DNA of 64,000 nucleotides from positions 31,104,957-31,168,956 of the forward strand of contig NC_057719.1 of the NCBI RefSeq assembly GCF_004010195.1. The letters are read 5' to 3'. This document shows positions 1-13,095 of this stretch, piece by piece (position 1 is the stretch's first letter; the number at the start of each line of letters is the position of its first letter). The stretch comes from Chiloscyllium plagiosum. Its lineage: Eukaryota. A model generated the notes under the pieces. The model made no database searches. It saw nothing but the letters and a program-made list of their open reading frames with translations, and had not been told where the DNA came from. The position numbers were made by a program, and so were the translations under genes.

Positions 1-285
1 AGGCAGTGCATTCCACGCCCCTACTACTCTCTGAGTAAAGAACCTACCTCTGACATCTCTCCTATATCTATCACCCCTCAATTTGAAGCTATGTCCCCTT
101 GTGCTAGCTATCACCATCTGAGGAAAAAGGCCCTCACTGTCCACCTGATATAACCCTCTGATTATCTTGTAAGTCTCAATTGAGTCACCTTTCAATCTTC
201 CTTTCTCTAAAGAAAACAGCCTCAAGTCCCTCAATCTGTCCTCGTAAGACTTTCCCTCCATACCAGGCAACATGCTAGTAAATAT
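1..285 (-). mobile_element. CR1 LINE 3' fragment
   Basis: Reverse complement of the CR1 ORF2 C-terminus; similar to 4281-4856. Confidence 0.8.
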
Positions 286-289
286 ATTG

Positions 290-1900
290 GTACCTCTCTG
301 GTTCAGCTGAAGACCATCCTGTTTGTAGAGGTCCCACCTACTGCAGAGGGAGCCCCAATTATCCAGGAATCCAAAATCTTCCCTCCTGCACCATCCCTGT
401 AGCCACGTGTTCAACTCCTCTCTCTCCCAATTCCTCGCCTCACTATCACATGGCACGGGTACAAACCAGAGGTAACAACTCTGTTTCTCCTGGCTCTAAG
501 CTTCTGTTGGAGAATTGAGCCCAATTAATTAGAGATCATAAACACATAGATTGGACTGAGAACTGACTGAGGATTTATTTAACTAACAGTGGTATCGCGG
601 TAGAGACTTGACTCCCACTGAAACAGTCACTGACAGGCTGTTCAGAAGGAACCACAGCTTCTTCCCCGAACAGAGAATACAGTGGAGATTTATACCCTTA
701 CAACACTGACGTGTGAGTTATGAGACAACGGTGTGAGTTGTACAACAAAGAGAAATAAAGATCATTTATTAAAAAGATTCGTGTCCAGTGTCTGACAATG
801 AGTTTCTTAATTGACTCGGGAGATTCTGATCCTTGGCTGGAGTAGATGTTAGTGGGTTTCATCCTGGTGTCATTGTGTTCGTATTGTTGAGGGGACAGGT
901 GAAGTACCCTTGGTGAGTCCTTGTCTGGGTACTCTTTGTAAAGGCTTGACTCCTAGTGAGAGCAGCTGTGCCCTAAGGACATCAGAGGTGCTGGGCTATT
1001 GTGGAGTGCGAGGCTAATCAGTTAATCTGAAGAAGTATGTTCTATTGGTCTGGGGCTGGATGAATCATGTCCAAAGGTATGTGTGTTGTCTGGGGCAGCT
1101 GGTTTGGCCAATTTGAGGCATTGTGGGTAGGCTTAGTGGCTAAGTGCAGATATTTTGTGTTATCTGTTTTGTGGCCATGTCATAGTGAGGCCGGGACCCG
1201 TATTTTCTCCCACAGCTTCAATCCTAGCTCCCTGAATTTCTCCCTTAAATCCCCATCTCTTTTCCTACCTATGTCATTGCTGCCTATGTTAATGACAGCG
1301 TGGGGCTACTTCCCCCTCCCCCACAAAGATCCCGAAAACACGATCAGAGACATGTTGAACCCTGGCACCTGGGAGGCAACACACCAACCATGAGTCTCTC
1401 TCGTTCCCACAAAACGTCATGTCTGTCCCCATAACTATGGAGTTCCCAATGATTAATGCTCTGCTTCTCTTCCCCCTTCCCTTCTAAGCAACAGGGATAG
1501 ACTCTGAGTCAGATACCTGTGCCCCATTGCTTACCCCTGGTAAGTACTCCCACCCAAACAGTATCCAAAACAGTATACTTGTTGTTGAGGGGAACGGCCA
1601 CAGAAGATCTCTGCATTGCCTGCTGGTTCCCTTTCCATCCGCTGACAGTAACACATCCACCTTCTTGTAGCTGAGGTGTGACTACCTCCCTGTAACTCCT
1701 CACAATAACCCCCTCTGCCTCACGAATGATCTGAAGTTCATCCAGCTCCAGCTCCAGTTCCCTAATGCAGTTATCGAGGAGCTGAAGTTGGGTGCATTTC
1801 CCACAGATGCAGTCAGCAGGGACACTGCTGGTGACCCTTACCTCCCCCATTCTGCAGGAGGAGCATTCAACTGCCCTAACCTCCATTGCCACTATTCTAA
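290..1900 (-). mobile_element. CR1 LINE ORF1 region (zinc finger, coiled coil, SGNH esterase), interrupted by a solo LTR
   Basis: ORF 1509..1892 (CSSC...CGKC, heptad leucines, VPLNNKYTVL) parallels ORF1 at 34890-35822. The esterase part continues on both sides of 505-1214. Confidence 0.85.
505..1214 (-). mobile_element. solo LTR, 710 bp
   Basis: TG...CA ends with imperfect terminal inverted repeats (tgttggagaa / ttctcccaca) and 5-bp TSD gcttc (500-504, 1215-1219). Minus strand has TATAAA near 690 and AATAAA near 575. Confidence 0.85.
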
Positions 1901-2019
1901 ATTCCCTACGAGTCTACTGAAAACTAAAAGAGATGCTGGCAAACCTGCTGAGATTTTCCAGCAACTTCTGGTTTTTGTTTACCTCTGATGGGGTGATCAA
2001 GTCCTGCAAATTGGCTAAA

Positions 2020-2830
2020 CTTCTGAGAAAGCTACAAGTGTTATCAATTGAAGAGAAAGGAACACAAAGCAAAACGTAGATATTACTCGGAAGGGATTCA
2101 TTCCACCGTAGAATCTGTCTACTATTTTGAGGCATAAGGTGAACATTCTTGAGCACTTCAACGGGGACAGGCATTCTCTTCAAGAAGGAGGAGGATGAGA
2201 ACAGTTGCTTATCACAACATTGAAAAAGCTCAACTAAAGTGTTTCAAGGCAGTTCAAACAGTAAATGCTCTCATCGCTGGGCCATAAGGTGTTAATCTGC
2301 AGCAAGAGATGACTGGACCAGTTCAAGATTCATCGTGACCTTGTCCTTTGCACAGTAAGCACTGAAGGTGGAGAAATTATGGCAACAGGACAGATGATTA
2401 TCTACAAAATGGTGTAACCTACATCCTGAATAGGGATGCTCTAAGAGACTTTTTTTAAACATTGATTAAACGGAACTCTTTCGATCACATTGTCCTTTCA
2501 TTTTTAAAAATCAAATGTGTAAAAAAGCGAAGTGTGGAAGTTGTTACTGATCTGGTCTGTGTCAGTGTGGATAGAACCTAAAAAACTGCTGCTTCTTGAG
2601 GTAAGAATGTCTAAGAAAACATGTTTCTTTTGTAAATGTCAGAATTCTACCCATGCAATATGAGGTCAACAAAGCTGCTTGAATGACCTAAGCATTTTTG
2701 AGGCATGGATCAGGAAAGCAGGCAAACAGCATCAAAGGAAGAAAAGGATGATTAGTATCATTATCTACAACAGCCACACATGCTCCAACTTTACTAGCCT
2801 AGAGCATCATGTTGATGTTCTTGCTTCCCA
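2020..2830 (+). pseudogene. decayed pogo/Tigger (CENP-B-like HTH plus DDE_1) transposase
   Basis: Frameshifted translation shows STILRHK, RMRTVAY, DQFK, RDFFxNID, VTxLVCVS, LPMQYEVNKAA*MT and SIFEAWIRK...IIIYN motifs typical of pogo transposases. Element ends not resolved. Confidence 0.7.
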
Positions 2831-4037
2831 TCATCCATGGCCAAGTGCAATCCCATGGAGTTGGGGTGAATAGGAGCCTGAAAACCCTTTGTCAGTAGCT
2901 TTACTTCATAGGTTATTGAGTCTGTAAATAAGAAGCAGGACAGCCCAATTGTTCTAGAGGCCAAATTTGTGGTGAAGGAAGCATGGAAGGTGCCGATGGA
3001 AGTTACAATCACCAACTGCTTCCACTATGCTATGTTGAAATAATCTATTACCATACAAGACACAAAGAAAAAGAAGGATCAGAGTGAGGCAAGCCAACGT
3101 GGTGATGAGGCTTTCTTTCCTCACTTACAAGAGATCGTCATAGAAATTCAAGTGCAGATAACCATGAAAACATACACCATGGTAGATGACATGCATGCAG
3201 CACAATAGTTGGCAGCTGAGGCAATCATAATGTCTAAAACCAAGGAGCTTGAGGAAGCTGATGACTCTGAAGAGTACAATAAATGCCTGCCCACTCAACC
3301 ACCTGTTTGTTTAACTGAAGCCATAATGGCCACAGACATACTCTGACATTTTGTGTTGCTACATGAAAACATGAAAAACACATTTGATTGCATTGATAGT
3401 ATGGAAAACTATATTGCATTTGTCCAAAGGCAGGACGTGACACACTGCTAAGTTTTTCCAGAGCTAACTCCCACACTTTTTGATACCTTTTACTGTATGA
3501 GATCAAGTCACTATAACATACGAACAAATTGAAAATAAATACATTTTTAAAATACTCACTGTTTTACTGTGTTTCAATTTTAATTTTCTGATGTAGAACA
3601 TTCGAATAGACAAATCAGGTCATATAGGGGCCTACGGGGATATCTAAAGTGCTACTTAATGGGATTTTGTGGGACGGCACCCTATAATTTAACTCAGCAT
3701 GTTTTCACTGCAATTATACATGACCAATTTAAACAGAATGTCACATGTTTTTAACACGAAGTACTTCAAAGTGCATAACAAATTATAATTAACTGTCATG
3801 CAAGACTGGAAAGTTAATCTCATGAAAAAAATACTCTATGTATTGAATAAAAGTTATGTACACTTTGTAATTTGGTTCTTTTGTAGAAATTAATTCTATG
3901 CTCTACTGCTTACTGATTAATTTCAGGAAGCAACAGAATACCTTGTCTGTTATAATTCGTGTTTAAATTATTGTTTTAGATCTATAATCATTTTGAATTT
4001 GAGTTGGAAATAGTAATTACACAAAGTTTAAAATATA

Positions 4038-4873
4038 CTGGTAGTTCTTCTATAACGTGCAGGTTGTGTTTTTGAGCATGCAGGTTGTGTTTTTAAGCAA
4101 TCCCCCCCCCCCCCCATCACCACCATTCTAGAAAAATCGTGCTTTAGAAACAGTGCTTAAAGTGTTGACGATGTAATTGCGTTGCAGCTAACATATGTTT
4201 TAAAAGTTCACACCTTAGAAACAGTGTCTCCAATTCGTCAATTGCGTTACAGCGAATTTGCATTAATGAAACGTGCGTCATAGAACACAGAACAATACAG
4301 CACAGAACAGGCCTTTCGGCCCTCAATGTTGTGCTGACCTGTGAACTAATCTAAGCCCATCCTCCTACACTATCCCATCATCATCCATGTGCTTATCTAA
4401 GGATTGTTTAAATCTCCCTAATGTGGCTGAGTTAATTACATTGGCAGGCAGGGCATTCCACAGCCTTATCACTCTCTGAGTAAAGAACCTGCCTCTGACA
4501 TCTGTCTTAAATCTATCACCCCTCAATTTGTAGCTATGCCCCCACGTACAAGCTGATGTCACCATCCTCAGGAAAAGAATTTCACTGTCTACCCTATCTA
4601 ATCCTCGTATGTTTCTGTAAAATCCCCTCTTAACCTTCTTCTTTCCAATGAGAACAGACCCAAGTATCTCAGCCTTTCCTCATAAGATCTTCCCTCCAGA
4701 CCAGGCAACATCCTGGTAGATCTCCTCTGCACCTTTTCCAATGCTTCCACATCCTTCCTGTAATAGGGCGACCAGAACTGTACAAGTGCAGCTGCACTAA
4801 CATGTTGTGTAGTTGCAACATGACATTACGTCTCCTGAACTCAATCCCTCTACCAATATAGCAGAACGACCTG
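4038..4873. mobile_element. Tc1/mariner-pogo-type MITE split by a CR1 insertion
   Basis: Imperfect TIRs ctggtagttcttctata (4038) and tatagcagaacgacctg (4857-4873), TA on both flanks. Confidence 0.7.
4281..4856 (-). mobile_element. 5'-truncated CR1 LINE nested in the MITE
   Basis: ORF 4365..4565 (RGDRFKTDVRGRFFTQRVIRLWNALP) is the CR1 ORF2 C-terminus; short-repeat tail near 4281. Confidence 0.88.
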
Positions 4874-5254
4874 TATACTCTAAGCTGTACTGATTTCTAA
4901 CCACTGTGCTTTGTACTTGCTGAGCCAAAGTAGCTGTCTCTTTCCTTTAGTTCTGGGCCTGTATCAAGTAATGAGTCAGTTTACAAACCAGAGGTCTGTT
5001 TAGTAGTAAATGTCACTGTCTTTATTTTTAAAGTAGTCTTTTCAAATAATTGATTTTGAGGATTTGAATTTTCAATGTTCAATTACAGTAGTCTGTAGAA
5101 CAGTATATGCTTTTATGTGGTATGCTTGTTCTTTTTGTGACATTTGTAAAAGAAAAGAAGAACTTGTACCTAATGACATCTTTCATACACTTGCCATCTT
5201 AAAGTGCTTTACAGCAAACTGAGTACTTTTTTGAAATGTTTTGAATATGATAGT

Positions 5255-5535
5255 TACATATGAAAGAAGTGAAACTATCATGGTCATTCTAACAGATGAG
5301 AGACTCAACAAACAATCAAGGTATTTTTCAATGTATAATTTCAGTTACATCACACTGTAAACTTTTGCTATAAATTCTGTGTCTTACAATTGTGTCCTCC
5401 ACAACCACCTGATGAAGGAGCGGCGCTCCGAAAGCTAGTGTTTCCAATTAAACCTGTTGGACTATAACCCTGGTGTTGTGTGATTTTTTTAACTCTGTAC
5501 ACCCCAGTCCGACACTGCCATCTCCAAATCATGAC
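5255..5535 (+). mobile_element. Penelope-like element terminal repeat (pLTR) fragment carrying a hammerhead motif
   Basis: Same family as 13841-15340 and 52667-53130; contains the motif at 5403-5442. Confidence 0.75.
5403..5442 (+). ncRNA. minimal type I hammerhead ribozyme motif, intact core
   Basis: CAC-CTGATGA-A-GGAGC(GGC)GCTCC-GAAA-GCTA-GTG: core, 5-bp stem II, palindromic AGCT stem III, CAC/GTG stem I. Confidence 0.75.
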
Positions 5536-5962
5536 TACCTTTAACAGTACAGCACTTCTTCAGTCTGCACTCTACTGTTAGCATTGACTTTATTGCTGAA
5601 GCCCAGGAACCTGTGACTCAGGTGGCAGTGCTACCACTGAGCCATGCATAACACAATACTATGGATTTTTTAACCACATACTTAAGTTCAGCAACAATTA
5701 CTGAAGAAACAAAGAAGGCCTGACAGCATTAGTGGAGAAGAAAGCAGAGTTAATGTTTTGAGTTCAGTGAGCCTTCTTCAGTTCTATATCATCTTCACCA
5801 TTTGCCATCCTGCCTATCTTTGTGTCATCTACAAACTTGGCTATTGTACATTCACTTTCCATATCCAAGTCATTTATATATCATGTAAATAATTGTGGCT
5901 GCAGCATTAATCTCTGTGGCACACCACTAGTACAAATTTCCATCTGAAAAATGTGTTTATTA

Positions 5963-6275
5963 TTTATTCAGCCATGGGATGTGGGCATTGTTCGCTGGGC
6001 CAGTATTTATTATCCATCCCTAGTTGCCCTTGAGAAGGTGGTGAGCTGCCTTCTTGAACTACTGCAGTCCACATTGCTGTAGGTAGACCCACAATGCTGT
6101 TAGAGAACATGTTCCAGGATTTTGATCCAGTGATGCTGAAGAATGGCAATATATTTCCAAGTCAGGATGGTGAGTGACTTGGAGGGAAACTTGCAGGTGA
6201 TGGTTTTGCCAGGTATCCACCACCCTTGTCCTTCTAGAAAGTCATGGTCATGGCTTTGGAAGTTCTGTCCAAAGT
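5963..6275 (-). mobile_element. LINE 3' fragment (second family; tail shared with SINEs at 49210 and 51352)
   Basis: The tail ttcagccatgggatgtgggcatt...catccctagttgcccttgagaagg recurs at about 30449, 49215 and 51355, and on the + strand near 58900. Confidence 0.65.
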
Positions 6276-6709
6276 GTCTGCTTCAGGGTCTTGATAGATT
6301 AAATGCTGAGAGGATGTTTCCCTTCATGGGGGAGTCTAGGACCAAAGGGCATAGTTTCATAATAAAGGGTAACAGAATAAGACTGAATTGTGAATCTTTG
6401 GAGCCTCCTTACCACAGAGAGCTGAGAGGGCAGTGTCCTTATGTATATTTAAGGTTGCCATAGATTCTTGATCAGTAGGGGAATCAAGCATTATGGGAAA
6501 GGCAGGAAAGTAGATGTGAGGATTATCAGATCAGCCATGATCTCATTGAATAGCAGAGCAGTCTTGAAGGGTCAAATGGCCTTCTCCTGTCCTTATTTTT
6601 TATGATCTTCAGTGTCTGCAATTCTTTGTTTTATTTTTGTTTTACTTAAGTGGAACATCCAGTTTCAATGCAATTCCTAGGAGAGTGAATTGCTGTTAAT
6701 GGACACTGT

Positions 6710-6990
6710 TAGTGGCTAACAATAGGTAGTGTGTAATGGCATATCATGTGATAACAAGGCCTGGTGTGTGGGGTTGGGGGCTAGGATGTGACAGAGTTTA
6801 GTCCCTAAAATTATTGAACTCGATATTGAGTCCAGAGGGCTTAAAGTCCCCAAGCAGAAAATGAGGTGTTGTTCTTCCAGCTTACATAGAGCTTCGCTGG
6901 AACACTGCAGTAAACTTGAGACAGGGATGTTGGCCAGGGAACAGGGTGGTGTGTTAAAGAGTGTTAAACTGGAAATAATTGGAAACTTAA
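6710..6990 (-). mobile_element. Penelope-like element GIY-YIG C-terminal fragment
   Basis: ORF 6716..7069 contains KLEEQHLIFCLGTL, matching LEEQHLIFRL at about 57150. Confidence 0.75.
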
Positions 6991-9394
6991 TATCAAGTTC
7001 AAATATTTTAGGGCCTGAACTCCATGTAGTGAGATGTTTTTTCTTATAGTGACTGGTACAAAATAACAAGTTAGGAGAATGTGAACTGTAAAGTTTTACT
7101 CTTATGTGGAACAGTAGTTGTCAGTTGTGGTTTGGTTCACATTGTCATGTATCACTTTTCAAGGTGGTTGCAAGAAATTAACACTGCGTCACTGCACTTT
7201 GCCTTTATACAACATCTTAAAACTCTGCATCAATTACATCCCCCCTCCCACTGTCAAAAGATGAGAAGGGCTTTCAAATTTTATAGATTGCATATGTGAG
7301 TTGGTTGCAGCACTGGTGATAAGAGGTGATTCTTTCATGGTCTGGAATCCCACTCTAACATTGCATTTGTACTATATGGCTATTTATAAAACTCATAGAA
7401 ATATAAATGTTCCAAAGTGCTTCATACCCAATGAAGTAATCTGTTGTAACATGGGCAAACAAAACAACCACTTTGCAGAGAAATTGAGATTAATTTCTAC
7501 AAGAATGTAGATTGATCAGCTAGTAAAAACAGGTTGTGGTACCTCATTAAAGAATTTTAAAGTCATAAAGTCGTCATCCTATAGATTTACTGGCATAATA
7601 CCAGGATAAGACTCTGGACTTAAGACAACTGTCTTCAGTAGAGCAGACAAGGTTGAGGAATTTCTTTAGAATATGAGAAGTTTTGAAATGAAATGTGGGA
7701 AGAATTTGTCCACTGGCTGATAATTCAGGGACAGTGAGGTCTATCAATTTAGCACTGGTTCAGATTGAAGACAAGTTTAGGAGAAATTTCTTTATATGAA
7801 GGGTTGTTGGAACATGGAATGCTTTGTCAGGGGGAATAGTTAAGGCAGAGACCCCTGAATTTTTAAGGGAAATTTAGATTATTATTTAGAAATCTAGAAA
7901 GTTTTCTGCGTAGAATAGACATCCACGTCCATTTGCTCCAAAAAGAGCTACTTTCCAGTTCTTAATCTGTAGTCCTTTAGATTGGAACATGTGAAACAAA
8001 GAAAGGTGAAAATTATACTTGAGATGAGAACAGTAGAATAATTTTAAGTTTGCTCTTATAAAAAACTGTTCTGGACATGATGTGTCAAATGGCTTCCTTC
8101 TGTTTTGTAAACTCATATGATCTATATTGGTCACTCCAATTTTTCATGTTTTCTCTCCACAGTTTATGACAGTAAAAGGGGTGACTTTTTTTATTATTCT
8201 ATGTTATTACCCTATTAACAGGTGACGATGCAGGCAATCTGTTCTCGATCTCTTTAAATCCATAGTTACATTTTTCTGAGATCAAAACAGAAAACATTCT
8301 CAAAAACAAAACGTTCAAGGTGATCATGGTTTTGACAATTAGGATAGTAACTTCTGGAAATTGAGTACTGAAAAAATATGCACAGAAACCATTCACAGAA
8401 AAACCCTCCTCTCCTTAAACTAGTCCTGTCCTGCAGCATTGCAAGCAAACAAGGTGTCTGCCATTTTTATCCAACTGGTTAATGAGGACTTTCCAGTACG
8501 CAGGACATAAGTATATTATTCAATCTATTAAGTCTCTTCTGTTATTTAGTGAGGTCATGATAGAAAAAGTGTGAGATGAGAAGTTTTCATCTATCTTATT
8601 CCAATAATATGTCACTACTATTCATAATACACTCTTACACCATTCTCAAACTTCCTTATTATATACAGCTCACTTCCATAGTTTGAACTGATAGCAAAAC
8701 ACGATTTTGAAAGGGAAAGCTATAACTCAACAAAATTGTTGGCAAAGTACTATCCTAATTATTTTTGTTGTAAAGGCTGTTTTCACCTACAAAAATTAGT
8801 GATGATTTAATAAAAAAAACACACCTTCTATACTGTCTAGTGTCAAATCAGTACTTTCTATGCCTTGCATAAGTCACTTAATTGTGGTCTGCTCATTTGG
8901 TTGGGAATACATCACAACAATCAGTAGATGTATGATTGCCTACCTTTGTAGCATGATTTGTGAGGTTTTGTTTTTGAAAGTTCTTGAAGATACTTAAGAA
9001 AAGATCAGGAAATGTACTGAAGCAGGAATGTCATGAAAGGCTAGTGGTGGAATAGTTAGAAGTAAGAGATGTCAGATGTTATTGACACGTAAATGAGAGC
9101 AGTTCCTAAAGGCATGATTTGTGGTGCTGCAGGACAAGTTTTTTTCCTAAACTTGAGGAATTTTTCAACCCTGTGTTGTCAGATTTCCCTGATGATCAGT
9201 TGATTGAAAGAGATAGGGAAAGACTGAATGCTGATGATCTGCAAATTCAAGTGAATAAGGCTACTAGAAGGTGTGCAGGGAATAAGTATTGTGGCTGATA
9301 ATAGTTAAGATTTGCTGTAATAGAAGAAAAATCAATATATAGCCTCTTAAAATGTTGTTATATTCGAAACAATATACAAATATCAGAAGTTATT

Positions 9395-11641
9395 AGGCAG
9401 GTAACTGAGGTGTCAGTGGGGGTGCACTTTGGGGCTAGCGACCATATTTCTATTTGATGTAAAATAGAGATGGAAAAGGATAGACTAGATCTAAAAGTTG
9501 AAGTTCTAAATTGGAGAAAGTCCAATTTTGACAGTATTAGGCAAGAATTTTCAAAAGCTGATTGGGGGCACATGTTTGCAGATAAATGGATGGCTGGAAA
9601 ATGGGAAGCCTTCGAAATGAGATAACGAGAATCCAGAGAAAGTATATTCCTGTTAGGGTGAAAGGAAAGGCTGGTAGGTATAGGAAATGCTGGATGACTC
9701 AAGAATTTGAGAGTTTGGTTAAGAACAAGAAGGAAGCATATGTCAGGTATAGACAGGATAGGTCGAGTGAATATAAAGGCAGTAGGAGTATACTTGAAAG
9801 GGAGATCAGGAGGCAAAAAGGGGACATGAGATAGCTTTGGCAAACAGAATTAAGGAGAATCCAAAGGGTTTTTACAAATATATTAAGGACAAAAGGATAA
9901 CTAGGGAGAGAATAGGGCCCGTCAAGGATCAGCAAGGCCGCCTTTGTGTAGAGCCGTAGAAAATGGGGGAAATACTAAACTAGTGTTTTGCATCAGTATT
10001 TACTGTGGAAAAGCACATGTAAGATATAGAATGTAGGGAAATGTCCATATTGCAGAGGAGGAAGTGCTGGATGTCTTGAAACACATAAAGGTGGATAAAT
10101 CCCCAGGACCTGATCATGTGTACCCGAGAACTCTGTGGGAAGCTAGAGGAGTGATTGCTGGACCTCTTGCTGAGATATTTGTATCATCAATAGTCACAGG
10201 TGAGGTGCCGGAAGACTGGAGGTTGGCTAATGCGGTGCCACTGTTTAGGAAGTGTGGTAAGGACAAGCCAGGGAACTATAGACCAGAGAGTCTGATGTTG
10301 GTGGTGGGCAAGTTGTTGGAGGGGATCCTGAGGGATAGGATGTACATGTATTTGGAAAGGCAAGGACTAATTAGGGATAGTCAACATGGCTTTGTGCTTG
10401 GGAAATCATGTCTCACAAACTTGATTGAGGTTTTTGAAGAAGTACCAAAGAGGATTGATGAGGGCAGAGCGGTAGATGTGATCTATATGGACTTCAATAA
10501 AGCGTTCGACAAGATTCCCCATGGGAGTCTGGTTAGCAAGGTTAGATCTCATGGAATACAGGGAGAAGTAGCTATTTGGATACAGAACTGGCTCAAAGAT
10601 AGAAGACAGAGGGTGGTGGTGGAGGATTGTTTTTCAGACTGGACGCCTGTGATCAGTGAAGTGCCTCAAGGATCGGTGCTGGGTCCTGTGCTTTTGTCAT
10701 TTATATATATGATTTGGATATGAGTGTAAGAGGTATAGTTAGTAAGTTTGCAGATGACACCACAATTGGAGCAAAGAAGGTTACCTCAGATTACAACAGG
10801 ATCTTGATCAGATGGGCCAATGGGCTGAGAGGTGGCAGATCGAGTTTAATTCAGATAAATGCGAGGTGCTGCATTTTGGGAAAGCAAATCTTAGCAGGAC
10901 TTATATACATAATGGTAAGGTCCTAGGGAGCATTGCTGAACAAAGAGACTTTGGATTACAGGTTCATAGCTCATTGAAAGTGGAATTGCAGGTAGATAGG
11001 ATAGTGAAGAAGGCGTTTGCTTTGCTTTCATTTATTGGTCAGAGCATTAAGTTTAGGAGTTGCAAGGTCATGTTGCGGCTGTACAGGACATTGGTTAGGC
11101 CACTGTTGGAATATTGTGTGCAATTCTGGTCTCCTTCTTATCAGAAAGATGTTGTGAAACTTGAAAGGGTTCAGAAAAGATTAACGAGGATGTTGCCAGG
11201 GTTGGAGGATTTAAGCTATAGGGAGAGGCTGAACCGGTTGGGGCTATTTTCCCTGGAGCGTCGGAGGCTGAGGGGTGACCTTATAGAGGTTTACAAAATT
11301 ATGAGGGGCATGGATGGGATCAATAGACAAAGTGGGTGGGGGAGTCCAGAACTAGAGGGCATAGGTTTAGGGTGAGAGGGGAAAGATATAAAAGAGACCT
11401 AAGGGGCAACGTTTTCACACAGAGGGTAATACATGTATAGAATAAGCTTCCAGAGGAAGTGTTGGAGGCTGGTACAATTGTAACATTTAAAAGGCATTTG
11501 GATGGGTATATGAACAGGAGGGGTTTAGAGGGATATGGGCTGGGTGCTGGCAGGTGGGACTAGATTGGGTCGGGATATCTAGTCAGCATGGACGAGTTGG
11601 ATCGAAGGGTCTATTTCCATGCTGTACATCTCTATGACTCT
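9395..11641 (+). mobile_element. CR1 (HER1-type) LINE, 5'-truncated: end of endonuclease, RT and 3' UTR, with stops and frameshifts
   Basis: KSPGPD, PGNYRP, QHGF, YMDFNKAFDK, VPQGSVLGP, KFADDT and RPLLEYCVQFWSP motifs; tail ctctatgactct. Confidence 0.95.
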
Positions 11642-12394
11642 GAGCGCAAGGTCTAAAATCCATTTTCCTTGAAAGGAATCTCAATGGAAAATACTGTATC
11701 CAGATTTGAGATGCACGGACAACTGAATTATTGTAGATTGTATTTTTCCTTGAATGCGAATGAACTGTTCTGATTTGCTAAAGTTAATTGCAAATGAAAT
11801 TAAAACCTTTCTTCGATTGGGCATTGTCCAATGAAAGTAGACTTGATATTTGTTACCGTAAGCATATCAAATCATCACTGTAGAAAAGAATTATATGCTC
11901 CATTGACAGTAACAGCATGGATATCTGGGCAAGACCTGGCTTGATTTTTGTGGCTGTATATTGTCTGAAGATGGATTTACCCTGTGACTAAATGGGTGAG
12001 GATCCATAGTAAGTTGAACTCCAGTAGTCATAGTTAGCTTTAACTTTAATATGCAGGATTAGCTAAAGTAGTTTGAAAGTACAATTATGTGGATTTTAAT
12101 TGTGCAATATAATTCTGAACAAGTGTCACCATGTTGTCAGTTGTTATCAGTATGTGTTTGTTGAAGCATGGATTAATTTTAAGGCATCACTAATTTATTA
12201 AAAAATATTTTCTGGAGTCCGTGTTAGGATTCAGTGGATGCAGTGCAAACAAATATTTATGTTTTGATTACATTATATGTTATACATAAGGTAGTAGAAA
12301 TGCAGAACATTTAATTTAGTCCATTTTAGACAAATGTCAAGTCCCTCAGACCTGAATTGTTTTTTAGTTAACTCATGCCTAATCTATCCATCTC

Positions 12395-13095
12395 TGCTGG
12401 ACATTGATGTCTCTCCCATGGAAATTATGAAGAGCACCAGATTTCTTGGCATACATCTCTCGTGGACCCTCAACACCAGCTCCATAGCCAAGAAAGCCCA
12501 GCAGCATCTCTACTTCCTGCGCAGGCTGAGGAAAGCCCAACTCCCACCTCTCATCCTCACCACATTCTATAGAGAGTTCATTGACAGTACCCTGAGCTGC
12601 CTGGTTTGGGAATTGCACCATCCCGTTTCATAAGACCCTACAATGGATAGTGTGGACAGCTGAGAAGATCATCAGGATCTCTCTTCTCTCCATTACAGAC
12701 ATTTACTCCACATGCTACATCCGAAAGGCTAAGAGCATTGTGGAAGACCCCACACACCCCTCACTCAAATGCTTCTCCTTCCTACCATCTGGCAGAAGTT
12801 ACCGGAGCATACAGTCTTTCATGGCTAGACTGTGCAACAGTTTCTTCCTCCAAGCCATCAGGCTCCTTAACACAGTATAATCGGACTCTTTGCCATCTGA
12901 AATTCTTTTGTTTTGCTGCTAGTTACACTGTAACTTGCATGTTTTGTACTATTTATGCACTTTATGCTGTGTACGATTGTGTAGTTTGTGCTGCCCATGT
13001 AGCACCCTCGGTACTGGAGGAACACTGTCTCGTTTTTACTGTATCAGTTGTACATGGTAGAAATGACAAATCAAAGCTACTATACTCTACTTCAG
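12395..13095 (+). mobile_element. Rex1/Babar-clade LINE 3' fragment
   Basis: RFLGIHLSW...KKAQQHLYFLRRLRK...LTTFYR and DPTHP...LPSGRSYRSI...RLCNSFFLQAIRLLN motifs; short (tactc)-like tail. Confidence 0.8.

Noticed and set aside
1067..1393. 108-aa + strand ORF
   Set aside because: Spans the LTR/CR1 junction antisense to CR1 ORF1; a chance ORF.
8160..8460. Possible upstream TOGARAM1 exon after AG sites at 8162 and 8221
   Set aside because: Stops appear in all three frames after the 8221 site and there is no resemblance to the expected sequence; the preceding exon is probably outside the window.
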